Shown here in pieces: positions 9,248 to 19,600 of a DNA stretch of 64,000 nt. Source of the DNA: an uncultured Actinomycetota bacterium (lineage in GTDB: Bacteria > Actinomycetota > Actinomycetes > JAHEKZ01); the NCBI GenBank assembly GCA_963743915.1, contig CAVURN010000005.1, forward strand, positions 275,358 to 339,357, given 5' to 3'. The notes beneath the pieces were generated by a model, which ran no database searches, had not been told where the DNA came from, and was given only the letters and a program-made list of their open reading frames with translations. A program made the translations under genes and the position numbers. Position 1 is the stretch's first letter. Each line of letters begins with the position of its first letter.

Positions 9248-12200
9248 GTGACCTGGGCTCGCCGCCACCTGTGGTGGGCGTTCCTGCTGCTCGGGACGGT
9301 GCTGGTCGCCCTCTTCTACGCCCTCCCCTCACTCGAGTCGGTCCAGCGCCCGGGGCAGCTCCAGAGCCTGTTCTGGGTCGTCATACCGCTGCTCACCCTG
9401 GCCGCGATGGCCACCGGCCTCGTGATCCAGTCACCCCCGTCGCGCGCCGTGTGGTTCTCCCTCATGATCGGCGTGGGGCTCACGGGGCTGGGCGACACTC
9501 TGTGGGAGTACCCGGAGTGGGTGGGGGTGCGTCCGCGTGACATCCCCTATCCGTCGCTCATCGACTACGTGTACCTCTCGTCGTACGTCTTCCTGTTCGC
9601 AGGGATCCTGCTGCTGGTGCGCCGGCGCTCACCCGGCCGCGACCGGGCTGCACTGCTCGATGCCCTCATCGTCACGACGGCGGCGGCCCTGACGTCGTGG
9701 ATCTTCATCATCGAGCCGTCGATCGGTGACACCGACCTCTTGTCGGCAGAGGCGCTCGTCACGATCGCCTATCCGGTCATGGACCTCCTGCTGCTTGGCG
9801 CTGCCACCCGCCTGTGGTTCTCCTTCGACGCGGGCCACAACACGTCGCTCCGTCTGGTCGTGATCACCCTCGCTGGCGTTCTCGTCTCGGACACCGCCTA
9901 CGCGTACCTGGCGTTGCAGGGCACGTGGCAGGACGGCACGGTCTGGGACCTCGGGTGGTTCCTCTTCTTCCTCGGATTCGGTGCAGCCGCTCTGCACCCC
10001 TCGGTGGCGTCCCCGGTGGTCGCGACCTCACCGGAGCGGGCGATCAGCCGTTGGCGGTTCGTCGTCCTCCTCGCCCTGATGGCCATCCTGCCTTTGTCGT
10101 TACTGGTCGGTCAGATCAACCTCGCGGACTCCACGCGCGGCCTCGTCGTCATCGTCGGCGCGCTGATCATGTTCGGTCTGGTGCTGCTCCGCCTCAACGA
10201 CCTGGTGCTCCAGCTCCGCGAGACGCTCCGGCGGGAGCGGGTGATCCGCGACGCCAACGGTGCGCTGGCTGCCGCCGCAGACATCGACAGCATCCGCACC
10301 ACCGTCGTCCATGCCGCCGCCGAGCTGCACCCCGGAAGCCGGTCCTTCCTGGTCGAGCTGCGTCGTCAGGGCCTCACAGGTGTGGTCGTGCAGACCGTCC
10401 CCCCAGGACGGTCGTTCGGACTGCGGCAGGACACGCTCCTGGAGCTCGACGACATCGCCGGTAGCAACGTCCTGCTCTACGGCGACACGGCGATCCACCG
10501 CGATCTGGAGCTCAGCGACCAGGCGTCCGTGACCGTCAGCCCACTGACCGGGACGGACGGGATCACCGACGGGTTCCTGGTCGCCGCGGCGCACCCCTCG
10601 CTGCCCCGTGAGACACCGCTTGCGCTGGCTGCGCTCACCGAGGCGGCGTCCCTGGCGAAGTCACGCATCGGGCTGGGGCGCGTGCTGGCCGAGCGGGCCA
10701 GCGACCTACGGCTGCGGCGGATGCTGCAGCACTCGTCGGACATCATCGCGGTGCTCGACCTCGACCTCAGCATCCGCTACCTCAGCCCCGGGGCCGAGCG
10801 GATGCTCGGCATCGCCCCGCAGCACATCCAGGGCACCAGCTGGCTGGACGCCGTCCACCCCGGCGACCGCGGGAAGGCGAACAGCATCATCGAGGCGTCC
10901 ACCGCCGACCGACCCGCGCACGCGGAGTTCCGGCTGCTGGCCGGTGACGGCTCGCACCGATACGTCGACGTGGTTGCCACGCGCGTCATCGAGCACGACG
11001 AACCGGGCTTCGTGCTCACCTGCCATGACGTCACCGAGCGACGGGCCCTCGAGCAACAGCTGTCCTACCAGGCCTTCCACGACTCGCTGACCGGGCTGGC
11101 CAACCGTGCGCTGTTCCGCGACCGCCTGGAGCACGCCCTCAGCCGCACCGCCCGGGGCAGCGTGCAGTTCGCCGTGCTCTTCATCGACCTGGACGACTTC
11201 AAGGACATCAACGACTCGCTCGGCCACGCCGCGGGTGACACCTTGCTGAGGCAGATGACGCAACGGCTGCTGGACGCGGTGCGCGAAGAGGACACCGTGG
11301 CCCGACTCGGCGGCGACGAGTTCGCGATCCTGCTCGAGAGCGTGAGTGGCGAGGACGAGGTGGTGGCCGTTGCTACCCGGATCGTGTCGTCGGCGCAGGA
11401 ACCCTTCGAGATCGACGAGTCCGTCATCACCAGCGGAGTCAGCGTCGGCGTCGCCGTCACCGACCGCGAGGCGGAGTCAGCAGAGGCCGTCATGCGCAAC
11501 GCCGACCTGGCGCTGTACGAGGCCAAGAACCTGGGGAAGAACCGGCATGCCCTCTTCGCGCCGGCCATGCACGAGCAGGCGGTGGACCGCCTGCAGCTCT
11601 CCGCCGACCTGCGCGACGCCCTGGAGTCCGACCAGCTTCTGGTCCACTACCAGCCGATCGTCGAGCTCACCACGAACCGGATCGTCGGCGTCGAGTGCCT
11701 CGCCCGATGGCAGCACCCGACCCGCGGACTGCTCGGGCCCGGGCAGTTCATCGGGCTGGCCGAGGAGAGCGGTCTCATCGTGCCGCTCGGTCGCGAGGTC
11801 ATGCGGATGGCGTTGCAGGCCACCGGCCGTTGGCAGAGTGAGCTGCCCGACCACGCCGACCTCATCCTGACGGTCAACCTCAGCGCCCGCCAGGTCCAGG
11901 AGGACGGCCTGGTCGAGGAAGTGCGCCAGGCACTGGCCGACACCGGTGTCCGGGCGCAGACGCTGGTCCTGGAGATCACCGAGTCCATGCTCCTGCCAGG
12001 AGAGGGCGTGACCATGGAACGGCTGCGCGCCCTGTCCGAGCTCGGGGTCCGCCTGTTCATCGACGACTTCGGCACGGGCTACTCCTCGCTGAGCTATCTG
12101 CAACAGCTGCCCGTCGACGGGATCAAGGTCGCGCGGGAGTTCGTGTGCACGTTGCGTCCTGGCAGCGCGGACCACGGATCGAACCTGGTGAGCACGATTC

Positions 12201-12394
12201 GCAGCATCGCAGCCACGCTTGGGCTGTCGTCGATCATCGCCGAGGGCGTCGAGACGCCGGAGCAGCGCCAAGCCCTGATCGAGCTGGGCTACCTGCTCGG
12301 ACAGGGCTACCTGATGGCCCGGCCCATGTCGGAGCAGGCCCTGACCGAGCTGCTGCGCGACGAGTCGTCGCTACTGGCTGACGTCACGATCTGA
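9248..12394 (+). CDS. membrane-anchored diguanylate cyclase/phosphodiesterase (9-10 TM sensor + PAS + GGDEF + EAL)
   Basis: 1048 aa; N-terminal about 300 aa hydrophobic helices, PAS region, [11 protein letters not shown] (GGDEF), ECLARWQHP...[13 protein letters not shown] (EAL). Confidence 0.85.
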   Translation: MTWARRHLWWAFLLLGTVLVALFYALPSLESVQRPGQLQSLFWVVIPLLTLAAMATGLVIQSPPSRAVWFSLMIGVGLTGLGDTLWEYPEWVGVRPRDIPYPSLIDYVYLSSYVFLFAGILLLVRRRSPGRDRAALLDALIVTTAAALTSWIFIIEPSIGDTDLLSAEALVTIAYPVMDLLLLGAATRLWFSFDAGHNTSLRLVVITLAGVLVSDTAYAYLALQGTWQDGTVWDLGWFLFFLGFGAAALHPSVASPVVATSPERAISRWRFVVLLALMAILPLSLLVGQINLADSTRGLVVIVGALIMFGLVLLRLNDLVLQLRETLRRERVIRDANGALAAAADIDSIRTTVVHAAAELHPGSRSFLVELRRQGLTGVVVQTVPPGRSFGLRQDTLLELDDIAGSNVLLYGDTAIHRDLELSDQASVTVSPLTGTDGITDGFLVAAAHPSLPRETPLALAALTEAASLAKSRIGLGRVLAERASDLRLRRMLQHSSDIIAVLDLDLSIRYLSPGAERMLGIAPQHIQGTSWLDAVHPGDRGKANSIIEASTADRPAHAEFRLLAGDGSHRYVDVVATRVIEHDEPGFVLTCHDVTERRALEQQLSYQAFHDSLTGLANRALFRDRLEHALSRTARGSVQFAVLFIDLDDFKDINDSLGHAAGDTLLRQMTQRLLDAVREEDTVARLGGDEFAILLESVSGEDEVVAVATRIVSSAQEPFEIDESVITSGVSVGVAVTDREAESAEAVMRNADLALYEAKNLGKNRHALFAPAMHEQAVDRLQLSADLRDALESDQLLVHYQPIVELTTNRIVGVECLARWQHPTRGLLGPGQFIGLAEESGLIVPLGREVMRMALQATGRWQSELPDHADLILTVNLSARQVQEDGLVEEVRQALADTGVRAQTLVLEITESMLLPGEGVTMERLRALSELGVRLFIDDFGTGYSSLSYLQQLPVDGIKVAREFVCTLRPGSADHGSNLVSTIRSIAATLGLSSIIAEGVETPEQRQALIELGYLLGQGYLMARPMSEQALTELLRDESSLLADVTI

Positions 12395-12595
12395 GGGGTC
12401 CACGGGGTCGGACGGCTCCTCTGTCTCGAACGTCGGCGGAACCTTCTTGACGTGGTGCAGCATCGAGCGGATCAGCAGGAAGGTGGCCAGCGCCAGCAGG
12501 ACCACGATCGCGAACGCGAGGAGCCCTGGCCCGATGCCGGTCCTCGAGTCCTCCACCGTCCGGATCACGAGGGGCAGCACCGCGAACGTCGACAT
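12371..12595 (-). CDS. small membrane protein (hypothetical)
   Basis: [69 protein letters not shown]; single TM, acidic tail; 3' end overlaps 3' end of GGDEF/EAL gene by 24 nt. Confidence 0.4.
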   Translation of the reverse strand: MSTFAVLPLVIRTVEDSRTGIGPGLLAFAIVVLLALATFLLIRSMLHHVKKVPPTFETEEPSDPVDPSDRDVSQ

Positions 12596-12615
12596 GGTGC
12601 GATTCTGCCGGACCG

Positions 12616-13470
12616 TCACCGGAGCCCGGCGAACAGGTCGTCCTCGGGCACCGGTACGTCGACCAGACTGCGGGCTCGCTCGTACTCCTCGGTGGGCCAC
12701 ACCGCCTGCTGGACCTCGAGGGGGACGCCGAACCACCACCCCTCGTCGTCGATCTGGGTGGCGTGGGCGCGCAACGCGTCGTCACGGACGGGGAAGAACT
12801 CGGCACACGGCACGTGCGTAGTGATCCGCCCCTGGTCACCGGGGCGATCGACCCACTCATCGAGCCACTCCTCGAACGGGGACTCGAGCCCGGCGTCGAG
12901 CATCCCTCGATGCAGGGCCTCGAAACGCTCCTTGTGGAAGCCGTGGTGGTAGTACAGCTTGAGCGGCTGCCAGGTCTCACCGAGCTCGGACCAGACATCC
13001 GGTGAGCCGGCTGCCTCGAATGCGGCCACGGTCACCTGGTGACACATGATGTGGTCGGGGTGCGGGTAGCCACCCTGCTCGTCGTAGGTGGTGACCACCT
13101 GAGGCCGGAAGCTGCGCATCAAGGCGACCAGCGGGCGGGCAGCGTCGTCGACCGGCACCCTCGCGAAGCAACCCTCGGGCAGCCGCTCCACGTCGTCGAC
13201 CGTGTAGTCCTCGAGGTAGCCGGAGTCGACGAACCCGAGCCACTCCTGCCGGACGCCCAGGATCTCGCGGGCGCGCTCCATCTCGCGGCGACGCACCTCG
13301 GGGAGGTTCGCCGCGACCTCGGCGTCGTGGGCGAGCTTGGGGTTGAGCACTTCGCCCCGCTCGCCTCCGGTGCACGTGACGACCATGACGTCGATCCCCT
13401 CGGCCACGTAGCGCGCCATGGTGGCTGCGCCCTTGCTCGACTCGTCGTCGGGGTGCGCATGCACCGCCAT
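12616..13470 (-). CDS. mca: mycothiol S-conjugate amidase
   Basis: LRLMAVHAHPDDESSKGAATMARY...VVTCTGGERGEVLNP...TYDEQGGYPHPDHIMCHQV...RDDALRAHATQID; near-collinear with M. tuberculosis Mca; start ATG 13470 (N-terminus ambiguous). Confidence 0.8.
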   Translation of the reverse strand: MAVHAHPDDESSKGAATMARYVAEGIDVMVVTCTGGERGEVLNPKLAHDAEVAANLPEVRRREMERAREILGVRQEWLGFVDSGYLEDYTVDDVERLPEGCFARVPVDDAARPLVALMRSFRPQVVTTYDEQGGYPHPDHIMCHQVTVAAFEAAGSPDVWSELGETWQPLKLYYHHGFHKERFEALHRGMLDAGLESPFEEWLDEWVDRPGDQGRITTHVPCAEFFPVRDDALRAHATQIDDEGWWFGVPLEVQQAVWPTEEYERARSLVDVPVPEDDLFAGLR

Positions 13471-13545
13471 CAGACGCAGGGCGGACGGGGCCGAGGGGGA
13501 GGCTGGCACCGGGCCAGGATAGGAGAGCCGGACAATGGTGCCGTG

Positions 13546-13981
13546 ACTCAGTCCCGTCTCCCCCGCCACCTGCGTCTGGCTCCCCTCGACGCGGATGCCG
13601 ACGTGGCCCACCTGCAGGCCCGCTACGGCGCCTCACGGCCGCCTCTGGTGCTGGCGGTGGGGGCGGCGCTGGTCGTCGCGTCGTTCCTCGGCTGGGTGGT
13701 CTGGGCGCGGTCTGGGCCAGGCCGACCGGGAGCTGCGCTGGAGCACCACGGGGTTCGACAACTCGTCGAGCACCTCGGTCACCGTGGAGTTCGACGTCTT
13801 CCTGCCGGCCGGCGCCGATGTGGTCTGCGTGGTCCGCGCGCTGGACGACAACGGCATCGAGGTCGGTCGGGCAGAGGTGCCGGTCGAGGCGGACGGCACC
13901 GACGTGCACGTCGTCTACGCTCTCCCTGTGACGGCACGGCCGAGCAGCGCGCTGGCCGACAGCTGTCGTCTCAGGGAATGA
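13546..13981 (+). pseudogene. DUF4307 membrane protein (Rv1081c-like), reading frame shifted after TM helix
   Basis: GTG 13546 frame gives ...RPPLVLAVGAALVVASFLGWVVWARSG (TM) then junk; +1 frame gives C-terminal domain ...STSVTVEFDVFLPAGADVVCVVRALDDNGIEVGRAEVPVEADGTDVHVVYALPV...; break at 9-bp direct repeat GGTCTGGGC(gc)GGTCTGGGC 13698-13717. Confidence 0.55.
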
Positions 13982-14045
13982 TCCGGTCGCCGAGACGGCA
14001 CCGCCGCGCAACCCGTACCCCGCACAGCAGCAAGGAGCGACCCGC

Positions 14046-14537
14046 ATGACCACCTGGCTCTCCCAGGACGCCTACGACCGGCTCAAGCTCGAGTACGAAG
14101 AGCTGAGCACGACCCGTCGCGCGGAAGTGGTCACCAAGATCGCGGCGGCCCGTGAAGAGGGGGACCTGAAGGAGAACGGCGGCTACCACGCGGCGCGCGA
14201 GGAGCAGGGCAAGCTCGAGGCGCGCATCAAGCAGCTGCGCCACCTGCTGGAGAGCGCGCAGGTCGGCACCCCTCCGGAGGCCGACGGCACCGTGCAGGTA
14301 GGGCACCAGGTGTCCGTGACGTTCATCGGTGGGGCGCTCGACGGGGAGACCGAAGTGTTCCTGCTCGGCTCGCGCGAGCAGGCGGGCCACCATGACATCG
14401 ACGTGTACTCGCCTCAGTCGCCACTCGGCGGCGCCGTGCTCGGTCAGGGGATCGGCACCGAGATCGGCTACACCCTGCCGAACGGCCGGCAGCTGACCGT
14501 CCGGGTGGACGCATCCACCCCGTTCGACGCCAGCTGA
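14046..14537 (+). CDS. greA: transcription elongation factor GreA
   Basis: 163 aa; MTTWLSQDAYDRLKLEYEEL...EEGDLKENGGYHAAREEQGKLEARIKQL. Confidence 0.9.
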   Translation: MTTWLSQDAYDRLKLEYEELSTTRRAEVVTKIAAAREEGDLKENGGYHAAREEQGKLEARIKQLRHLLESAQVGTPPEADGTVQVGHQVSVTFIGGALDGETEVFLLGSREQAGHHDIDVYSPQSPLGGAVLGQGIGTEIGYTLPNGRQLTVRVDASTPFDAS

Positions 14538-14555
14538 CCCGCGTCGAACCCGGGC

Positions 14556-15647
14556 TCAGGGGCTGAAGACCACGAGCGAGGCCGAGAAGCCGTGCAGGTG
14601 GTTGCGCCCGGCGACCGGACCGATCTCGCCCGCGGCGAAGTAGCCGGCCACCTCGGCGCCGCCCAGCCCGTCCCGGACGGCGAGGGCGTCGTGGTCGCTG
14701 GTCCTGAAGAAGTCCTCGCCGCGTCCGTTGCAGGAGAAGAGCAGGGCCCCGGCCGCTCGCCCGGTGGGGGTCGTTGACCCCCACTTCCCGAGCGCTCGAC
14801 GCAGATCCGCGCTGGCCGCCGCCGGGTCGCGCAGCTGGAAGCTCACCGTCTGCCCCACCTCGACGTCGTCGGCGACGACGAGCGCCCCGCGGTCGACGTC
14901 GACCCGGACCAGGTTGCGGATGAGGAAGTCGCCCTGCTGGTGCTCGTCGGCGTACTCGTCCCGCGCCAGCCCGATCTGCAGCCCGCTGCCCGCGGCGGCC
15001 TGGTCCTCCGGCGGCAGGCTGCGCAGCAGGTCCTCCAGGCGCTGCAACGCGGGACGTCCGGCCAGCTCGAGCACGACGTTGCCCTCGCACCGCGTCACGG
15101 TCATCGGGTTGCCCACCGGTCGGCACCCCTGGCTGACGACGGCGTCGATGCTCGCAGTACCGCCGAGCACCAGGCCGACGGCTCCGCGGTCGACCACCCG
15201 GTCGTCGATCAGCAGGCGGGTCGAGCCCGACCCCTGACCGCCGACCGCGAGCCCACCAGCGACGGGCAGACCGGACAGCGTGAGCGTCGACTCCTCGACG
15301 AATCCCTCGACGGGGAAGGAGTACGCATCGGCCAGGAGGACTGCCACCTGGTCGTCGGCGTGCACCTCAGGCATGCCCACCACCGCGATCGACTCCGGTG
15401 TCGGGATCACTTCGAGGTGGAACGACCGCACCGTGATGCCGGGGCCGGACGCGACGAACACGCTGACCGCCGAGACGTCCTCGATACCGTGCCCTCCGCC
15501 GATGACGCCGTGCGAGGACGAGCAGCCGATGCTGTGCGGTGCACCGAGCGTGCGGGACGCCGCAGAGAGGGCGGACTCGACATCGTCGGGACTGGCGGCG
15601 CGCACGAAGACGCAGGCGAACACCGGCGCTCCGTCGAGCTCTGCCAT
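14556..15647 (-). CDS. FIST N/C domain signal-transduction protein
   Basis: about 363 aa from ATG 15647; FIST-like pattern, GSGLQIGLARDEYADEHQQGDFLIRNL; track ORF has 58 aa junk extension. Confidence 0.55.
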   Translation of the reverse strand: MAELDGAPVFACVFVRAASPDDVESALSAASRTLGAPHSIGCSSSHGVIGGGHGIEDVSAVSVFVASGPGITVRSFHLEVIPTPESIAVVGMPEVHADDQVAVLLADAYSFPVEGFVEESTLTLSGLPVAGGLAVGGQGSGSTRLLIDDRVVDRGAVGLVLGGTASIDAVVSQGCRPVGNPMTVTRCEGNVVLELAGRPALQRLEDLLRSLPPEDQAAAGSGLQIGLARDEYADEHQQGDFLIRNLVRVDVDRGALVVADDVEVGQTVSFQLRDPAAASADLRRALGKWGSTTPTGRAAGALLFSCNGRGEDFFRTSDHDALAVRDGLGGAEVAGYFAAGEIGPVAGRNHLHGFSASLVVFSP

Positions 15648-15887
15648 CGCGCGGGACGCCGCGATGATGGCCGTGCGTGTCAGGTTGAAGCCCACGGCGA
15701 CCCCTGACCCGCAGCTGATCACGCCGGCTCCTTCGCCGCATCGGATGCACCTGTCCCCATCGTGGCCGACCGACACCCGCCCCGCACCACCCCGTGCCCT
15801 CTCGCCACCCGTCCGGCCCATGGTTGGATCGTGCGCGTGAGTCTCGTCGCACGCCCCTGGGAGTGGGTCGCCTCCACCTTTCGGGGC

Positions 15888-17069
15888 ATGCCGCGAGAGG
15901 TCGCCGTGCTCACTGCCGTGGCCTTCGCCGTCGCTGTCGGGTTCGGCATCGTCTTCCCGGTCATCCCGTTGTTCGCCAAGGACTTCGGCGTCTCGGCATT
16001 CGCCGCCAGCGCGGTCATCTCGATCTTCGCGCTCACCCGGTTCGTGTCCTCGCCGCCCGCCGGCTGGTTGGTGGACCGCGTCGGTGAGCGGGTGATCCTG
16101 GGGATCGGGATCTTCATCGTCGGCATCTCCAGCGCCCTCGCCGGCCTGGCGCAGGAGTACTGGCAGCTGCTCGTGCTTCGCGGCGCCGGAGGCATCGGCT
16201 CGGCGATGTTCACCGTGTCGGCGTACGCGTTGCTGCTGCGGGTGGTGCTGCCCGACCAGCGTGGACGCGCGGCACTCGCCTTTCAGGGCGGATTCCTCAT
16301 CGGCGGCGTGACCGGACCGCTCTTCGGCGCCCCCCTGGTGGCCATCTCCATCAGGCTGCCGTTCTTCGTGTATGCCGCGACTCTGCTGATTGCCGGCTCC
16401 ATCGGACTGGTGTACCTCGCGCAGAGCAAGCTTCAGGAGCGCGAGAAGCAGGTCGGAACCGACATCGCACCCACACCGCTGTCAGCTGCTCTCCGGCAGC
16501 GCGCCTACTGGGCGGCGATCACCAACAACCTGGCCACCGGCTGGTCGCTGTTCGGGATCCGTGGATCGGTGCTCCCACTGTTCGTGACCGAGGCGATGCT
16601 GCTGTCGGAGTCGTGGGTCGGGATCGGCATCTTCATCTCGGCAGTCGCGCAGGGACTGTTGCTCATCCCGGCCGGACGCGCGTCCGACATGCGGGGACGG
16701 CGTCCGTCCATGATCCTCGGCTCGCTGCTCGTCGCCGTCGCATTCCTCCTGCTCGCCGCCTCGACGAGCATCTGGCCGTATGTCGCCGCCATGGCCCTGT
16801 TCGGCTTCGGTTCAGCGCTCATCGGCACCAGCAGCAACGCTGCCGTCGGAGACGTGGTGCACGGACGCGGCGGCACGGCGATCGCGGTCTACCAGATGGC
16901 GTCAGACCTCGGCGCCTTTGCCGGGCCCCTCATCGCCGGCGCGCTCGTGGACGCCTTCTCGTTCTCGTGGGCCTTCGCAGCCACCGCGGCGATCTGCCTG
17001 ATGGGGACGGCGACCGCGCTGGCGATGCCGGAGACCCTGAGGCGGAGCCCCCAGGCAGAACCAGCCTAG
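15888..17069 (+). CDS. MFS transporter
   Basis: 12 TM-type hydrophobic profile, MPREVAVLTAVAFAVAVGFGIVFPVIPLFAKDFGVS...; ATG 15888. Confidence 0.8.
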   Translation: MPREVAVLTAVAFAVAVGFGIVFPVIPLFAKDFGVSAFAASAVISIFALTRFVSSPPAGWLVDRVGERVILGIGIFIVGISSALAGLAQEYWQLLVLRGAGGIGSAMFTVSAYALLLRVVLPDQRGRAALAFQGGFLIGGVTGPLFGAPLVAISIRLPFFVYAATLLIAGSIGLVYLAQSKLQEREKQVGTDIAPTPLSAALRQRAYWAAITNNLATGWSLFGIRGSVLPLFVTEAMLLSESWVGIGIFISAVAQGLLLIPAGRASDMRGRRPSMILGSLLVAVAFLLLAASTSIWPYVAAMALFGFGSALIGTSSNAAVGDVVHGRGGTAIAVYQMASDLGAFAGPLIAGALVDAFSFSWAFAATAAICLMGTATALAMPETLRRSPQAEPA

Positions 17070-18433
17070 GAGGGTCCCCGAAGAGGAGCGCCGGCCAGCG
17101 AGCCGTGCAGAAGCCGCACCGCGACGTCCGGGTGCGATCGCCCGATCAGTCCTGCCGCAGCCAGCACGTAACGCGAGTCGACGAGCGCCCTGACCCGCTC
17201 GGGGGTGCGCCACCCCCCGGCGGGGTCGGCGACCGCCTGCTCGACGATGGCCCGCGCCTCCGCCGCTGGGCTGTGCCGCAGGACACCCCCCGAGCCGACC
17301 ACGAGCGTCACGCGGCTGAGGTCCTTGCCCGGATAGCGCACGGACCCCGCCGTGTGCGGCCTGGCGTGACGCCGGAGCGCCACGGTCGCGGCGAGCTGCG
17401 CGAGCCGCCGGTCGATCCCGCGCTCGGACGGGGTGTCAGGGAGATAGCCGGGATCCTCATGCCGCCGCGCGGCCGCGGTCTCCAGCAGCTCTCCCTCCGC
17501 GAGCAGATGCTCGGAGCCAGCAGCCTCGACGATGCCGGGGGCGTTCCACCGCACTCCGAGATCGCCCTCGACGGTGCGACTGCGCCACAGGGTCGCCACC
17601 GCCTCGCGCTCAGCGGGGTCGTCGTCGGGCTCGGGCGACGTCACGGAGTAGACGTCCGTCGTGGCACCACCCACGTCCACCACCACGACGTCACCGACAC
17701 CGGGGAACTCGTCGGTGCCATCGGCGAGCAGCTCGACCCCGGAGAGCACCGCGTCAGGTGTGGCCGCCTGCACCCATGTGCCGAGGTCGACCCGGTCGGA
17801 CAGGTGCTTGCCTCCGATCACGTGACTGATGAACACCTCGCGGATCGCCTCGCGCGCTGAACGCGGATCGAGCTCACCGATCTTCGGGAGCACGTTGTCC
17901 GCCGCGGTGACCGGTACGGAGTGCCGACGCAGGACGCGCACCACCGCGTCGCGTGCTGCGACGTTTCCGGCCAGCACGACGGGCACACCCACGTCGGCCC
18001 GGGCGATCACTCGGGCGTTGTGCCGCAGCACGTCGGCATTGCCACCGTCGGTACCACCGACGAGCAGCAGCACGTCAGGTGCGGAGGCCCGCAGCTCGCC
18101 GATCTCGGCGTCACCGAGCTCGCCGGAGGCGACGTGGCAGACCCTGCCACCGGCGGACAGCCCGACGCGGTAGCCCGCCTCCGCGGTGATTGCCCGTTCG
18201 TAGCCGACCACGGCGATCCGCAGACCACCGCCGGCCGAGCTGCAGGCGAGCACCTCGTCCTGATCGCCGATCACGATCCCGGCGTCGGCCACCGCGGCGT
18301 CCATGCCGTCCATGACGTCGGTCTCGATGGTGGTGCGCGACGAGCCAGTCGCGACCAGACGGCCCTCGGCGTCCACCGCGACCAGCTTGGTGAAGGTGGA
18401 ACCGAAATCGACGCAGACGAACCGCGAGGGCAC
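17066..18433 (-). CDS. GlmL/MutL-like (glutamate mutase subunit L family, PF13941-like) protein, orphan
   Basis: 455 aa; MPSRFVCVDFGSTFTKLVAVD... actin-like ATPase fold signature DFGSTFTK, VVVDVGGATTDVYSV. Confidence 0.45.
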   Translation of the reverse strand: MPSRFVCVDFGSTFTKLVAVDAEGRLVATGSSRTTIETDVMDGMDAAVADAGIVIGDQDEVLACSSAGGGLRIAVVGYERAITAEAGYRVGLSAGGRVCHVASGELGDAEIGELRASAPDVLLLVGGTDGGNADVLRHNARVIARADVGVPVVLAGNVAARDAVVRVLRRHSVPVTAADNVLPKIGELDPRSAREAIREVFISHVIGGKHLSDRVDLGTWVQAATPDAVLSGVELLADGTDEFPGVGDVVVVDVGGATTDVYSVTSPEPDDDPAEREAVATLWRSRTVEGDLGVRWNAPGIVEAAGSEHLLAEGELLETAAARRHEDPGYLPDTPSERGIDRRLAQLAATVALRRHARPHTAGSVRYPGKDLSRVTLVVGSGGVLRHSPAAEARAIVEQAVADPAGGWRTPERVRALVDSRYVLAAAGLIGRSHPDVAVRLLHGSLAGAPLRGPS

Positions 18434-18440
18434 CGCCGGC

Positions 18441-19577
18441 TCAGCCGAGAGCTTTGGTGAGGTCGGCGACCAGGTCGTCGACGTGCTCGAGTCCGACGCT
18501 CAGCCTGATGAGGTCGCCGGGGACCTCGAGCGGGCTGCCCGCCACGGACGCGTGCGTCATCCGTCCGGGGTGCTCGATCAGCGACTCCACGCCGCCGAGC
18601 GACTCGGCGAGGGTGAACACCTCGGTGCGGTTGACCAGGTCGACCGCTGCCTGCTCGCCACCTTCGACCTGGAACGAGACCATGCCGCCGAAGCCCCGCA
18701 TCTGGCGCGCCGCGACGTCGTGGCCCGGATGGTCGGCAAGTCCGGGGTAGAAGACCCGCGTCACCTTGGGGTGCCGCGTCAGCATGTCGACCACAGCCGC
18801 AGCGTTCTCGCCGTGTCGGTCCATGCGCACGGCCAAGGTCTTGATGCCCCGCAGCACGAGCCAGCTGTCGAAAGGACCGGAGACCGCCCCCATCGCGTTC
18901 TGGTGGTACGCCAGCCGCTCAGCGATGTCGTCCGAGCCTGCGATGAGCGCCCCGCCCACGACATCGGAGTGACCACCCAGGTACTTGGTCGTCGAGTGCA
19001 CCACGATGTCTGCCCCGAGCGCGAGCGGCTGCTGCAGGTAGGGCGACGCGAACGTGTTGTCCACGACGAGCCTGGCCCCCGCACCGTGTGCGACGTCGGC
19101 GAGGGCCGCGACGTCCGCGATGGACAGGAGCGGATTCGTAGGCGTCTCGACCCAGAGCATCGTGGTGGTGGGACGGAGGGCCGCCCGCACCGCGTCGACG
19201 TCGGAGAGCGCCACAGGCGTGTACTCGACCCCCCAGCGGGTCAGGACCTGCGAGAAGAGTCGGAACGTGCCGCCGTACGCGTCGTCCGGGATGACCACGT
19301 GGTCACCCGGCGCGCAGAGGGCGCGCAGGGTGGTGTCCTCCGCGGCCAGTCCCGACGCGAAGGCCAGCCCCCGCACGCCACCCTCGAGCGCCGCGAGGCA
19401 CTCCTCGAGCGCGGTGCGGGTGGGGTTGGCCGAGCGGCTGTACTCGTAACCGCCCCGCAGCCCGCCGACGCCGTCCTGCTTGAAGGTGGACACCTGGTGG
19501 ATCGGGGGGACGACAGCGCCCGTCTGGGGGTCTGGTTCCTGCCCGGCGTGGAGCGCGAGAGTCTCGAAGTGGGTCAC
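18441..19577 (-). CDS. metB: cystathionine gamma-synthase (PLP-dependent, Cys/Met metabolism family)
   Basis: 378 aa; MTHFETLALHAGQEPDPQTGAVVPPIHQVSTF...TKYLGGHSDVVGGAL (PLP-lysine motif). Confidence 0.8.
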   Translation of the reverse strand: MTHFETLALHAGQEPDPQTGAVVPPIHQVSTFKQDGVGGLRGGYEYSRSANPTRTALEECLAALEGGVRGLAFASGLAAEDTTLRALCAPGDHVVIPDDAYGGTFRLFSQVLTRWGVEYTPVALSDVDAVRAALRPTTTMLWVETPTNPLLSIADVAALADVAHGAGARLVVDNTFASPYLQQPLALGADIVVHSTTKYLGGHSDVVGGALIAGSDDIAERLAYHQNAMGAVSGPFDSWLVLRGIKTLAVRMDRHGENAAAVVDMLTRHPKVTRVFYPGLADHPGHDVAARQMRGFGGMVSFQVEGGEQAAVDLVNRTEVFTLAESLGGVESLIEHPGRMTHASVAGSPLEVPGDLIRLSVGLEHVDDLVADLTKALG

Positions 19578-19600
19578 AGTCCGACCCTAGCCGCCGCGCC

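Noticed and set aside
7083-9332. 5' extensions of track ORFs (yyaL 9332, enolase 37966, MCP 22327, FIST 15821, PPOX 22228, udgB 34096, VOC 26478)
   Set aside because: Extensions are compositionally junk, overlap neighbouring genes, and internal ATG/GTG starts with Shine-Dalgarno-like sequences fit homolog N-termini; trimmed.
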